From Gemmatimonadota bacterium (lineage in GTDB: Bacteria > JAAXHH01), in assembly GCA_026702745.1 (NCBI GenBank), contig JAPPBT010000018.1, forward strand, positions 32,259 through 96,258: a DNA stretch of 64,000 bases, given 5' to 3'. The notes under the pieces are model-generated. The model searched no databases, was not told the DNA's origin, and worked only from the letters and a program-made list of their open reading frames with translations. Below are positions 28,384 through 39,288 of the stretch, in pieces (position 1 is the first letter of the stretch; each line of letters opens with the position of its first letter). The position numbers and the translations under genes are program-made.

Positions 28384-30828
28384 CTACTCAGTCCGCAGGG
28401 ACTCGATCGGGTTGGCGGTGGCCGCCCGGACGGCCTGGTAACTCACCGTCAGCAGGGCGATCGCCATGGCGAGGACGCCGGCGAGGACGAAGGTCGTCCA
28501 GCCCAGGTCGACGCGGTAGGCGAAGTTTTCGAGCCAGTTGTTCATCACGAGGAAGGCGGCCGGCCAGGCGAAGACGTTGGCCACGATTACGAGCCGGACG
28601 AATTCGTTGGACAGGAGCCGGAACAGTTTCGGCGTGGAAGCGCCCAGGACCTTGCGCACACCGATTTCCTTCGTGCGCCGTTCGGCCGTAAAAGACGCGA
28701 GTCCGAAGAGACCCAGGCACGCGATGAGGACGGCGAGCACGGCAAAACTGACGAATACCTGGCCGAATCGCTGCTCGGCGTCGTAAAGGCGCGCGAAGTT
28801 GTCTTCCACGAAGAAGTACTCGAAGGCGAACTCCGGGTTGACCTCATGCCAGGTTTCCTCGATTGCGGCGAGCCCTTCAGCCATGAATTCCGGCTTGATC
28901 TTGACGACGACGTGACCGCCCTGAAAGTCGGCGAACAGGACCAGGGGGGCTATGGGCTGGTGCAAGGACGCGAAATGGAAATCCTTTACGACCCCGACGA
29001 TCCGGCGCAGTTGAACGCCTTCCTCGTTCCATCCCTGCCGCAGCTCTCTCATCCAGTTCACTTCCTTGCCCACGGCATCTTCCGGTGATTCGAATCCGAG
29101 CCTCGTTACGGCGGCCTCGTTCAGCACAGCCCCGCCGCCCGCGGTCTCCCAGCCCCAGTCGCTGACGAAGGAGGGATCGAAGTAACGGCCCGTGACCACT
29201 TCGATGCCCAGCGTCTCCAGAAAATCCTCATCCGTCCAGGCCTGGTTCATGTCGATCTTCGCAAAGTCACCGTCGCCCGGCCGCTGTAACGTAATCGGTA
29301 TCACGGCGTTCCTGTGGCCGGGAAGTATATAGGTGGAGGTCGCGTTGGTTACATAGGGACTATCCTTCACGCGCTGTTTGTAGATCCTGGCCGTCTCCTG
29401 GACCGGATCGAAAGTCAGCGGTACGGCGACGACCTGGTCCGTGTTCAGTCCCATGTTTCTCTGCTGGATGAATTCAAGCTGGTTGTACACGACCCCGGTG
29501 CATATGATCAGGGCGATCGAAATGACGAATTGGCTGACGACCAGGATCCTGCGCATTCCCGCGGTACCGGAACCCGACGCAAGCGTCCCCTTCAGGGTCT
29601 CGATGGGCGCCAGGCCGGACAGGTAGAACGCGGGATAGCTCCCCGAAACGCACCCTACCACGACACCGATGACCACCACCGCGCCAAGGGCGAACAACGT
29701 GGTGCCCGGATCCACGGCCAGCGACTTGCCGGTGAGCAGGTTGAACCAGGGCAGACTGACCACCGCCAGAAGCAGGGCGAGGCATACGGCCATTCCGCTC
29801 ATGAGCAGCGATTCGATCAGAAACTGCCGGGCCATCTGGGCGCGGACCGCGCCGAAGACCTTTCGAAGGCCGATTTCCCTGGCCCGGCCCGCGGACCGGG
29901 CGGTCGCCAGGTTCATGAAGTTGATGCAGGCGATGACGATGATGAAAACCGCGATGGCGGCAAAGAGATAGACGTATCTGACGTCGCTGTTGGGCGTCAG
30001 TTCCCGTTCCAGGCGGGAGTGCAGGTGGATATCCGTCACCGGCTGCAACCTGTACGTCAGGGATGCATCGCCGCCTTCGTAGCGATTCCCGAGGTGCTTC
30101 TCCACGAAAGCGGGCAGCTTGGCTTCCAGTTCGGCCGGGTCGCTGCCGTCCCGAAGCACGATATAGCTATGGGCCGTGCGCCAGCCCCACTCGTCGACTT
30201 TGGTGTTGGAGTAGGCTTCCTGGATCTTGAAGGACGCGAGTATATCGAATCCGAGGTGCGTGTTGGAAGGCATGTCGGGCATGATGCCCGTCACCTCGAG
30301 GTGAAAAGTGCCCTCGGCGTCCAGGATCCTGCCCATGGGGTCCTCGTCGCCGAAGTACTTTCGGGCCATGGATTCGGACAGCACGATCTTGTCGTTTCCG
30401 GTGAGCGCCGTCTTCGGATTGCCGGTCAGCAGGGGGACGTCGAACACGTTAAAAACGGTCGTATCGGCCAGATAGAAATTCCGTTCGTAGAACCCCTTGT
30501 CCCCGTACTTGACCATCCAGGCATTCCCGGGCGGGACGAGGCGGACCATGTCCTCTATTTCCGGGAAGTCTTCCCTCATGTACCAGACTGTAGGGATCAG
30601 AACGTCCGCATTTCGAACGACCTCGCCTCCCTGCCGGTATTCGGCGGTTACGCGGAATGTTCGGTCCGCGCGATCGTAGAACCGGTCATAGCTCAATTCA
30701 TCGCGGATGTAGAGCAGGATGAGCAGGCAGCAGGCGATTCCGAGCGCCAGGCTCATGACGTTGATGAATGAATAACCCTTGTGCCGGTTAAAGTGACGGA
30801 TCGCTACCGTGAAGTAGTTGCTGAACAT
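28384..30828 (-). CDS. ADOP-family permease, paralog 3
   Basis: 814 aa, same architecture; C-terminus ...NPIESLRTE. Confidence 0.85.
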   Translation of the reverse strand: MFSNYFTVAIRHFNRHKGYSFINVMSLALGIACCLLILLYIRDELSYDRFYDRADRTFRVTAEYRQGGEVVRNADVLIPTVWYMREDFPEIEDMVRLVPPGNAWMVKYGDKGFYERNFYLADTTVFNVFDVPLLTGNPKTALTGNDKIVLSESMARKYFGDEDPMGRILDAEGTFHLEVTGIMPDMPSNTHLGFDILASFKIQEAYSNTKVDEWGWRTAHSYIVLRDGSDPAELEAKLPAFVEKHLGNRYEGGDASLTYRLQPVTDIHLHSRLERELTPNSDVRYVYLFAAIAVFIIVIACINFMNLATARSAGRAREIGLRKVFGAVRAQMARQFLIESLLMSGMAVCLALLLAVVSLPWFNLLTGKSLAVDPGTTLFALGAVVVIGVVVGCVSGSYPAFYLSGLAPIETLKGTLASGSGTAGMRRILVVSQFVISIALIICTGVVYNQLEFIQQRNMGLNTDQVVAVPLTFDPVQETARIYKQRVKDSPYVTNATSTYILPGHRNAVIPITLQRPGDGDFAKIDMNQAWTDEDFLETLGIEVVTGRYFDPSFVSDWGWETAGGGAVLNEAAVTRLGFESPEDAVGKEVNWMRELRQGWNEEGVQLRRIVGVVKDFHFASLHQPIAPLVLFADFQGGHVVVKIKPEFMAEGLAAIEETWHEVNPEFAFEYFFVEDNFARLYDAEQRFGQVFVSFAVLAVLIACLGLFGLASFTAERRTKEIGVRKVLGASTPKLFRLLSNEFVRLVIVANVFAWPAAFLVMNNWLENFAYRVDLGWTTFVLAGVLAMAIALLTVSYQAVRAATANPIESLRTE

Positions 30829-31004
30829 GGGATGCCTTCAGTCAGTCTATCGGCCAGTCGTCGGGACAATCGACAGGTTACCGTTTTCTCACAATTCGGG
30901 ATGCATCAGCGCCTTATTCCCTTAACCCTGGCAGAAGTACTACTGTATAATAACACTGTGGCGCACGATCTACACCCATGTTTCCACCCTTGTGTAAGTT
31001 TACC

Positions 31005-32339
31005 ATGACCGATCTCTTCTCCGACCAGGCCGAAAAGCAACTCCAGCGGGAAGCGCCGCTGGCCTCCCGCATGCGGCCGGATTCGCTGGAGGGTTTCCTG
31101 GGCCAGCAGGGGCTGGTCGGCCGGGGACGCCTCCTGAACGAGTCCATCGAGCGGGACACGCCCTTCTCGATGATCCTGTGGGGTCCGCCGGGATCGGGCA
31201 AGACCACCCTCGCCTTCATCATCGCCCGCTCCACGGATTCGCATTTCGTCGCGTTGAGCGCCGTGAGCGCCGGCGTGAAGGACCTTCACAAGGCAACCGC
31301 CGAGGCCCGCGACCGGCTGGGCATGCACGGCAAGCGGACCATCCTGTTCATCGACGAGATCCATCGCTTCAACAAGCTGCAGCAGGACGCCGTGCTGCCG
31401 ACCGTGGAGAACGGCACGCTGACCCTCATCGGCGCGACCACGGAGAACCCGTCTTTCGAGGTCAACAACGCCCTGCTGTCCCGCTGCCGGGTACTCCGCC
31501 TGGAGCCGCTTTCGGAGGAGGACCTGCAACGGATCGTCCGCAACGCGCTGGAGGACGAAGAACGCGGTCTGGGCGGGAGGAACATCGAGTTGGACGACGA
31601 GGCGGCCGCGCACCTGGCTGCCGTGGCCGGCGGCGACGCCAGGATCGCCCTGAATACCCTCGAAGTGGCGGCCATGACCACGCCGCGCGGCGACGGGAAC
31701 CGGATCCGGCTTACCGTGAAGGAGATCGACGAAGCGCTGCAGCACCGGTCACCGCAGTACGACAAGGGCGGGGACTGGCACTTCGACGCCATTTCGGCCC
31801 TGCACAAGAGCGTGCGGGACTCCGATCCGGACGGCGCCCTCTACTGGCTCGCCCGGATGCTCATCGCCGGCGACGATCCGCTCTACATCGCGCGCCGGAT
31901 CATCCGCATGTCCGTGGAGGACATCGGACTGGCCGACCCCTTCGCCCTGACCCTGTCCACCTCGGCCCAGCAGGCCGTCCATTTCGTGGGCCAGCCCGAA
32001 GGCGACCTGATGCTCGCCCACGCGGTGGTGTACCTGGCTACCGCGCCGAAGAGCAACGCGGTCTACGCGGCCTTTTCGAAGGCGCGGCAGGACGCGGAAC
32101 AGACGAGCGACGAGCCCGTGCCCATGCACCTGCGCAACGCGCCGACCCGCCTGATGAAGGAAATGGGCCACGGCAAGGGATACAAGTACGCCCACGATTA
32201 CGACGGGGCGTCCGTGGACCAGGAGCATCTGCCCGAGTCCATCAGGGGGCACCGCTACTACGAACCCACCGACCGGGGCCGCGAAGAGAAGATCCGCGCG
32301 TGGATGGAGAAGATGCGGAAGGTCAGGGACGGAGGATGA
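31005..32339 (+). CDS. rarA: Replication-associated recombination protein A (AAA+ ATPase)
   Basis: Walker A GPPGSGKTTLA, Walker B ILFIDEIHRFNK, sensor/arginine finger region and MgsA C-terminal helical domain; start at M10 (MTDLFS...). Confidence 0.85.
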   Translation: MTDLFSDQAEKQLQREAPLASRMRPDSLEGFLGQQGLVGRGRLLNESIERDTPFSMILWGPPGSGKTTLAFIIARSTDSHFVALSAVSAGVKDLHKATAEARDRLGMHGKRTILFIDEIHRFNKLQQDAVLPTVENGTLTLIGATTENPSFEVNNALLSRCRVLRLEPLSEEDLQRIVRNALEDEERGLGGRNIELDDEAAAHLAAVAGGDARIALNTLEVAAMTTPRGDGNRIRLTVKEIDEALQHRSPQYDKGGDWHFDAISALHKSVRDSDPDGALYWLARMLIAGDDPLYIARRIIRMSVEDIGLADPFALTLSTSAQQAVHFVGQPEGDLMLAHAVVYLATAPKSNAVYAAFSKARQDAEQTSDEPVPMHLRNAPTRLMKEMGHGKGYKYAHDYDGASVDQEHLPESIRGHRYYEPTDRGREEKIRAWMEKMRKVRDGG

Positions 32340-32348
32340 CTTGCCGTT

Positions 32349-32924
32349 TTACGCAGTCGCCTTGCGGTAGCAGTAGTCGAAGAGCAGTTCCCACTCGCGC
32401 TGCTGGATGCCGCGGCAGAGATCGCCGGCCGGGACGTCGCCCACGTTGGCGCCTTCACACAGATCGATGAAAGCGTAAGGATCCCAGGATGACTGGGACA
32501 TGAGGTACGCCGCCTCGCCGGGCAGGTTGTCCGTACCGGAGGCGATGGTCGCCGCCTCGTCTCTCAACTCTGGATATACGTCGTGGTCGCCGACGCGGCC
32601 GAACCAGTACTTCCCGTTGGGATAATCCGGTTCGCGGCGGTGCATGATCCCGTGCCAGTAGCTGCCCGTGGGCGTGGTGATTTGCTGGCTGATGGTATGC
32701 GAGGTGACCAGGAAGTCGTGGTAAAGCCAAAGAGCGGACCGGCATCCCTCGGCCATCGACCGGTCATTGATGCGGTCCGGCGCGAAGGCCTCGTCCAGGT
32801 CCAGGGCTTCCAGGTCCGCTTTCACCGAACTGTTTTCCTCGCCCGGATCCAGCGCCATGATGCGGGGTGTCTTGAGCAGTGCCGCGAAAACGGGTCCGTA
32901 GGCTGCGGGGTCGAAGGCAGACAT
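32349..32924 (-). CDS. Hypothetical protein
   Basis: 191-aa ORF with coding-like composition, convergent with rarA (9-nt gap); no recognisable family. Confidence 0.45.
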   Translation of the reverse strand: MSAFDPAAYGPVFAALLKTPRIMALDPGEENSSVKADLEALDLDEAFAPDRINDRSMAEGCRSALWLYHDFLVTSHTISQQITTPTGSYWHGIMHRREPDYPNGKYWFGRVGDHDVYPELRDEAATIASGTDNLPGEAAYLMSQSSWDPYAFIDLCEGANVGDVPAGDLCRGIQQREWELLFDYCYRKATA

Positions 32925-32954
32925 GATCGGTCCTTTCGTGATGCAGGTGCTTTT

Positions 32955-33121
32955 CAGGTCACGGGGTCGCGGGCTTTGGCGGGCGCAGGCCCGGTATCAC
33001 GGGGTCACGAGGCCTGGGAGGCGTCGGCCCCGGAGTCACGGAGTCCCGGCGGGCGCCGATCCCAAAGTCACGGGGTCCCGGCGGGCGCCGATCCCAAAGT
33101 CACGGAGTCCCGGCGGGCGCC
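32955..33121. repeat. Tandem ~32-nt minisatellite (gtcacggRgtcccggcgggcgccgatcccaaa), 2.7 clean copies plus degenerate upstream copies
   Basis: Clean copies at 33035-33066, 33067-33098 and 33099-33121 overlap the last codons of the PP-loop ATPase gene. Confidence 0.8.
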
Positions 33122-33948
33122 GCCTTCCGTTTCTTCAGCACCTCGTTCATACTCCCGGTGCGGTATCCTTCCAGGTCCAGCGTGACGTAGTCGTAGCCGA
33201 TTTCCTTCAAGTACGCCGAGATCTCGTCGTGGTGTTCGACGACCTTCGGGAGGTCGGCGGGCTCCGTCTCGATGCGGGCCATGTTCCGGTGGTGCCGCAC
33301 CCGGAACTGCCTCAATCCCAAGCCGCGGATGAAGGCTTCGGCCCGGCCGACCTGTTCGAGCGCTTCGATCGTGATGGGGTCGCCGTAAGGAAAGCGGGAC
33401 GACAGGCAGGCCAGGGACGGCTTGTCCGCCGTGGGCAGGCCGAGTTTCTCCGACAGCGCGCGGACGTCGGCCTTGGTGAACCCGGCGTCCTTCAACGGGC
33501 TGCGCACGCCGTGTTCCCGGATGGCCAGCATGCCTGGGCGGAAGTCGCTTATGTCGTCCAGGATGCTGCCTTCGCAGATGAAAGCGGCGCCTTCTTCCCG
33601 GGCGATCACCTCGAGGCGCGAATACAATTCATCCCGGCAGAAATAACACCTTCGCGGGTTGTTCTGCATGTACTCCGCGTTGTGGATTTCCTCCGTGTCC
33701 ACGTAGCGGTGGCGGGCGCCCATCCATTCGGCCAGTTCGGCGGCCTCGTTCTTCTCCTCCTCGGGCAGCGATTCGGACACGCCGGTTACGCCCAGGGCGC
33801 GGTCCTCCAGCACGTCGGAGGCCACCTTCAGCAGCAGCGTACTGTCCACGCCGGCGGAGAAAGCCACCAGGACGCTGCCCATGGCGCGCAGATCATCCTG
33901 GAGCGATTGGTACTTTTCGTCCAGCGTGGAGGCCTTGTTCCTGGTCAC
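33100..33948 (-). CDS. PP-loop ATP pyrophosphatase family protein (LarE-like sacrificial sulfur transferase / TIGR00268 type)
   Basis: SAGVDST PP-loop (SGGxDS variant) and conserved C-terminal Cys region (LACLSSRF). Confidence 0.65.
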   Translation of the reverse strand: MTRNKASTLDEKYQSLQDDLRAMGSVLVAFSAGVDSTLLLKVASDVLEDRALGVTGVSESLPEEEKNEAAELAEWMGARHRYVDTEEIHNAEYMQNNPRRCYFCRDELYSRLEVIAREEGAAFICEGSILDDISDFRPGMLAIREHGVRSPLKDAGFTKADVRALSEKLGLPTADKPSLACLSSRFPYGDPITIEALEQVGRAEAFIRGLGLRQFRVRHHRNMARIETEPADLPKVVEHHDEISAYLKEIGYDYVTLDLEGYRTGSMNEVLKKRKAAPAGTP

Positions 33949-34227
33949 GACATGTTCCCCGATAGAACCCGAACTTACCGAAGGCGAGCACCGGTATCGA
34001 TCTCGTTTAAAACGCCTTTCCGGCCCTCGCCCGCAAGGGAACGCCCACCATGTTTTCGCTTGACAGAATGGGGGTTCCGCCGCAATTTAACACGTCTGTT
34101 TCTGGTAGGTTAAAGATACGGCGGACACAGATTCGGGACAACGGTTTTTTGCGGTAAATCGCCGTGAACGAAGGGGCCGGGAGGTCCTTGCAGTCACGCG
34201 ACCGCGCGCGAAGGAGCACGATCAGGT

Positions 34228-35283
<1,056 letters not shown>

Positions 35284-35429
35284 GCCGAAGGCATATACCG
35301 ACGGCGTAGGCCGACGGCGACCGGTAGGTACCAGATGATACAATGTATCTACACCGAATGGAACCCCTTGCCCTTCAACGCGTTCATTACAACGTGATTG
35401 AATCCCCTCCCCGCCCATAAGAATCATGC

Positions 35430-36569
35430 ATGGATATTCACTCGAAAGAATACGCCCACCATTCCCGGCTCCTGGGACGGACCGTAACCTTTCGCCGCAG
35501 TACGGCCAAGTACCTGCTGATCGCCTTCGTAGCCGCGGGACTGCTCCATAGCCTATCCCTGATGTTTCTGTTGGCCACCGGCCTGCTCGAAGACCGGAAC
35601 ATGATCGAACTCACGCTCGCGCCCTACGAGCGCCTGGAGCAGCTCGAACAGGCCTACATGGAAATGCAGAATCCGCCGACCCTGGTCGACGTGCCGGAAG
35701 AAGCCCGCGTGGAGGAACCACCGGACGATCCCGACGCCGACGTGGCGGACAAGAACGCCGTCGCGAGCGACCTGATGGAGGATACGGAGCTGCCCGAGGG
35801 GCTGGCTTATTCCGAGGGCGACCTGGAGATCAGGACGATGGAGGATTCCGAGGAAGAGGAAGATCAACAGCACGACCCCTTCGCCGGCGGCGTCCCGCTC
35901 ACCCCACGGGAGGGCGGCATCGAGGATTTCAATGAGCTGGTAGACCCGCCGATGTGGACCTCGGACATGATTATCCGGCCCGAATTCCGGGGCAGCGGCG
36001 GACGCACGGGCCGCGGCGAAGGCGGGATGGAAGGCGAAATCATCGCTTCGGCGCCCCGGCCTACCGGACCGGAAGCCCCGGTCTTCATCCCCCAGGACGA
36101 CCTGAACGAACTGGCCCAGGAATCCCGCCAACCCACGTATGAGCGGCACCGGCGTTTCGGATTTGGCTTCGGGAGTACCGGGCCGCGGGTGCCCAGAACG
36201 GACAACCGACACACCTCGGTCAGGGACTACGGCGATTTCTCGCTCAGCACCTACGCCTGGGACTACGCGCCTTACCTGTACATCCTCCGCGAAAGGGTGA
36301 GACGGCGCTGGTTCGCCCCCGAGGCCTTCAACCTCGGCCTGGTGAGCGGGCGGGTCATCATACGGTTCAAGATCATGCCCGACGGCGCGCTGCGCGACCT
36401 CGAAGTCCTGTCCTACCGCGACAACGACATCCCCTACCAGTCCCTCGTGGCCTCGAGCCGCAACGCCATCGAGTCGGCCAGCCCCTTCCCGCCCCTTCCC
36501 GCCGATTTCCTCCATCCATTCCTGGAGATCACCGGCACCTTCTACTACCAGATCCTGCGTGCGAGGTAA
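35430..36569 (+). CDS. TonB-family C-terminal-domain protein (energy transducer-like), membrane-anchored with acidic/Pro-rich linker
   Basis: N-terminal TM (YLLIAFVAAGLLHSLSLMFLLATGLL), long acidic low-complexity region, and a TonB_C-like terminal domain (VIIRFKIMPDGALRDLEVLSYRDN...SPFPPLP). Confidence 0.55.
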   Translation: MDIHSKEYAHHSRLLGRTVTFRRSTAKYLLIAFVAAGLLHSLSLMFLLATGLLEDRNMIELTLAPYERLEQLEQAYMEMQNPPTLVDVPEEARVEEPPDDPDADVADKNAVASDLMEDTELPEGLAYSEGDLEIRTMEDSEEEEDQQHDPFAGGVPLTPREGGIEDFNELVDPPMWTSDMIIRPEFRGSGGRTGRGEGGMEGEIIASAPRPTGPEAPVFIPQDDLNELAQESRQPTYERHRRFGFGFGSTGPRVPRTDNRHTSVRDYGDFSLSTYAWDYAPYLYILRERVRRRWFAPEAFNLGLVSGRVIIRFKIMPDGALRDLEVLSYRDNDIPYQSLVASSRNAIESASPFPPLPADFLHPFLEITGTFYYQILRAR

Positions 36570-37490
36570 ATGAGGTCAACGTTGCAAGCGCAAATCGGTA
36601 GACTGGTCGATTCGAAGGCGTTTCAGCACACCGTACTCGGGGTGATCACGGCGGCCGCCATCCTGGTGGGGCTGGAAACCTCGCGGGAAATGGTAGCCCG
36701 GTACGGCGACTGGCTGCACCGGCTCGACCAGTTGGTCCTGCTGTTCTTCATCGTGGAAGCCCTGCTGAAGATGGCGCGCCACGGCCGTCACTGGTACCGG
36801 TATTTCGGCGACCGCTGGAACGTGTTCGATTTCCTCATCGTGGTGGCCTGCCTGATGCCCGCGGGCGGACAGTACGCGGCGGTGCTGCGCCTGGCCCGGG
36901 TGCTGCGGGCGCTGCGGCTGGTGACCGCGGTGCCGAAACTGCAGCTCCTGGTCAACTCGCTGCTCAAGTCGGTCACGTCGCTGGGATACGTCGGCCTGCT
37001 GCTGGCCGTGCTGTTCTACGTCTACGCGGTGCTGGGCGTCTACCTCTTCCGCGGCAACGACCCCGTGCACTTCCAGGACCTGGCGACGGCGCTGCTGACC
37101 CTCTTCCGGGTCGTGACCCTGGAGGACTGGACCGATGTGATGTATATCCAGATGTACGGCAGCGACGCCTATCCGAATTACGCCGATTTCGCCCAGGCCC
37201 ACCTCCGCGAAGCCTCCCGGGCCATGCCCCTCCTCGGCGCCGCATTCTTCGTTTCCTTCGTGATGCTCGGCACCATGATCATGCTGAACCTCTTCATCGG
37301 GGTCATCATCAACTCCATGTCCGAAGCCCAGGCCGACCGGGAGTCGGAGGAAAGGCGCAGGCACCTGGAGCGGGACGGCCGGATCAGTGTGGGGGATGAA
37401 ATCGGGTTGATCGAGGAAGAGATCCAGAAACTGTCGAGACGGCTCAAGTCTCTGCGCGGGTGGGCGGATGCGGACAGCGGGGATGGGTGA
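36570..37490 (+). CDS. Bacterial voltage-gated cation channel (NaChBac/BacNaV family, single 6-TM domain) with TLEDWTD selectivity filter
   Basis: S4 voltage sensor RLARVLRALRLVTAVPKL; pore helix and filter FRVVTLEDWTDVMY; C-terminal coiled coil; ATG follows the upstream gene's stop directly. Confidence 0.75.
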   Translation: MRSTLQAQIGRLVDSKAFQHTVLGVITAAAILVGLETSREMVARYGDWLHRLDQLVLLFFIVEALLKMARHGRHWYRYFGDRWNVFDFLIVVACLMPAGGQYAAVLRLARVLRALRLVTAVPKLQLLVNSLLKSVTSLGYVGLLLAVLFYVYAVLGVYLFRGNDPVHFQDLATALLTLFRVVTLEDWTDVMYIQMYGSDAYPNYADFAQAHLREASRAMPLLGAAFFVSFVMLGTMIMLNLFIGVIINSMSEAQADRESEERRRHLERDGRISVGDEIGLIEEEIQKLSRRLKSLRGWADADSGDG

Positions 37491-37493
37491 CTT

Positions 37494-37844
37494 TCAGATC
37501 TGCTCGCCGCCTTCCGGTCCGTAGAAGATGACCCAGGTGGTCATCGACTCGCCGAAATCAAGGAACCGGTGCTCGACGCCCGCGGGCACAAAGAAGAAAT
37601 CCCCGGCCTCGAATGGCACGACCTCTCCCCCCATTGCGAATTTCCCCTTCCCTTCGACGATCACGTAGCACTCGTCTCGGCTGTGGGGCTTCTGATCGTC
37701 CACATCACGGGGGATGTACAGCTCGATCTGCAGTTCGCCGCGCTCAAGGGCGACGTGGAACCGATCCCCGTTCGGAGCAGGAATCTTCGCGGCGACTTCC
37801 GCGGGGGTGATGCGCTTGCAGGTGTGTCTTTGCATGTTTCCCAT
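37494..37844 (-). CDS. Cupin-domain protein
   Basis: 116 aa with a beta-rich cupin-like sequence (GDFFFVPAGVEHRF). Confidence 0.6.
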   Translation of the reverse strand: MGNMQRHTCKRITPAEVAAKIPAPNGDRFHVALERGELQIELYIPRDVDDQKPHSRDECYVIVEGKGKFAMGGEVVPFEAGDFFFVPAGVEHRFLDFGESMTTWVIFYGPEGGEQI

Positions 37845-37869
37845 CCACGTGGATCAGATCGACTTAAGC

Positions 37870-39036
37870 TCAGGTCAAGAAGGCTTGCATAATCTGTTTC
37901 TTCGCACTGTAACCTCGTCTGGTTCGTTCGACAAGATCCATTTTCCTCAGATAATTCAAGTCTCGACTGATCATTTTCTGTGAAGCATTCGCGTATTCCC
38001 TGGCGACCCTGGGGCTGACTTCACCGATCTGCGACCTGGGAACGGGTTGATCCTGTTCCGAGAGAGCCAGGACCAGATTCCTACGACGTTTCGCAGCTGC
38101 ACCGGTCATACCCTGGAATTGCTCATGCACGAAATTGATCCAGGATATTTGAAGATGTTGACTTCTGATCGATGCAAGCTGTTCTGTTAGGCCTTCAGAG
38201 AAACCTCGAATCGCATATTCCATGAATTGGTCCATTTTCCCTCCAGACTGTGATGCCCTGTCAAGTTGTCTGGCATATTCCGTTCTGGTCTGGTTATAGA
38301 AATTGCTGGGAAGCAATGTCGCAGGGATTGGAATATCCGCTTCAATGAGTATTCTGAACTCGATCAGCCTGGCTGTTCTTCCGTTCCCGTCTCCAAAAGG
38401 ATGAATCCAAGCAAAGTAAAGGTGGGCGGCGATCGCTTTGACTAAGCCAATCGCGACTCTACTGTCTTCGTTTGTGTCGTTGTTAGACGAATTCAACCAT
38501 TTGCATAGTTGTTCAAGCAAGTAATTGCAATCTTCCGCCTGAACCGCGCGATACCTGCCCACACCAACGGAGTGCTTACGTATCTCGCCTGGTACCGTTT
38601 CCTCGTCCGGCAACTCGAGACCTTTTAACACCACCTTGTTATGCCGGCATATTTCCTTTGTTGACCACGGTGGAAGTTTACTTCGACTACGACGTGACAA
38701 CATTCTTCTTATTTCCGCCAGGATATTGTCGATCTCCTGTTTCAAGTACTCCTTTGACTCCGGAAGTCTCAGTTTTCCTTCCATATGCGCACGTACATCT
38801 TCTTCCGAAAGGGTGTTGCCTTCGATCGCGGTTGTACCAAGTACGCCCCTGGCCAGGTACACCTGGTACAGTTCATGCGCCGTCTGTCTCATCAACGGAA
38901 TTCCTGTCAGTTGCTCGCATTTAGCCTTGATCTCACCAAGTAACATCCAGATCCTTGGTGGGGCGTGAACCAAATAGTCCGTGTCGAAGCTTCGCAGCCA
39001 CGGATGGGTAGTTTCAAATCGTCTCATTGTTGACAC
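37870..39036 (-). CDS. Fic-family protein (AMPylase-type, class II with N-terminal inhibitory motif) plus C-terminal winged-helix, low-GC
   Basis: Canonical Fic motif HPFGDGNGRTARL; inhibitory (S/T)xxxE(G/N) motif TTAIEGN near the N-terminus; gene is markedly AT-richer than its flanks. Confidence 0.85.
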   Translation of the reverse strand: MSTMRRFETTHPWLRSFDTDYLVHAPPRIWMLLGEIKAKCEQLTGIPLMRQTAHELYQVYLARGVLGTTAIEGNTLSEEDVRAHMEGKLRLPESKEYLKQEIDNILAEIRRMLSRRSRSKLPPWSTKEICRHNKVVLKGLELPDEETVPGEIRKHSVGVGRYRAVQAEDCNYLLEQLCKWLNSSNNDTNEDSRVAIGLVKAIAAHLYFAWIHPFGDGNGRTARLIEFRILIEADIPIPATLLPSNFYNQTRTEYARQLDRASQSGGKMDQFMEYAIRGFSEGLTEQLASIRSQHLQISWINFVHEQFQGMTGAAAKRRRNLVLALSEQDQPVPRSQIGEVSPRVAREYANASQKMISRDLNYLRKMDLVERTRRGYSAKKQIMQAFLT

Positions 39037-39199
39037 CTTTTTTGTCCATCAAGTTGTCCTATATAAAATATTGAAGTTGTTATATATAGGTTATTTTAGA
39101 TATACATATTGTCCCTTGGTTCAGTCTATAGTAAGAGCACATTGGTATAACTGTCAACTCCTTTGTATCTTGACATACTGCTTCTTTAGGGCAGAATAA

Positions 39200-39217
39200 G
39201 CAGATTGCAGAATCTGC
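39200..39217. promoter_or_regulatory. Hairpin/inverted repeat GCAGATT-gcag-AATCTGC in the AT-rich divergent region between the Fic and threonine dehydratase genes
   Basis: Perfect 7-bp inverted repeat with 4-nt spacer, 70 bp upstream of the dehydratase start. Confidence 0.3.
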
Positions 39218-39288
39218 CAAGTTCACCTAGCGTTCTCTAACTTCAGGGACGTGAGTACACGACCTGTATTCATCAACTACCGCACCCC

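Noticed and set aside
32955-33121. Possible CRISPR array (regular ~32-nt direct repeats)
   Set aside because: The repeats are directly contiguous with no spacers and no cas genes nearby. The other tandem arrays (49261, 59658, 61626) are likewise spacerless minisatellites.
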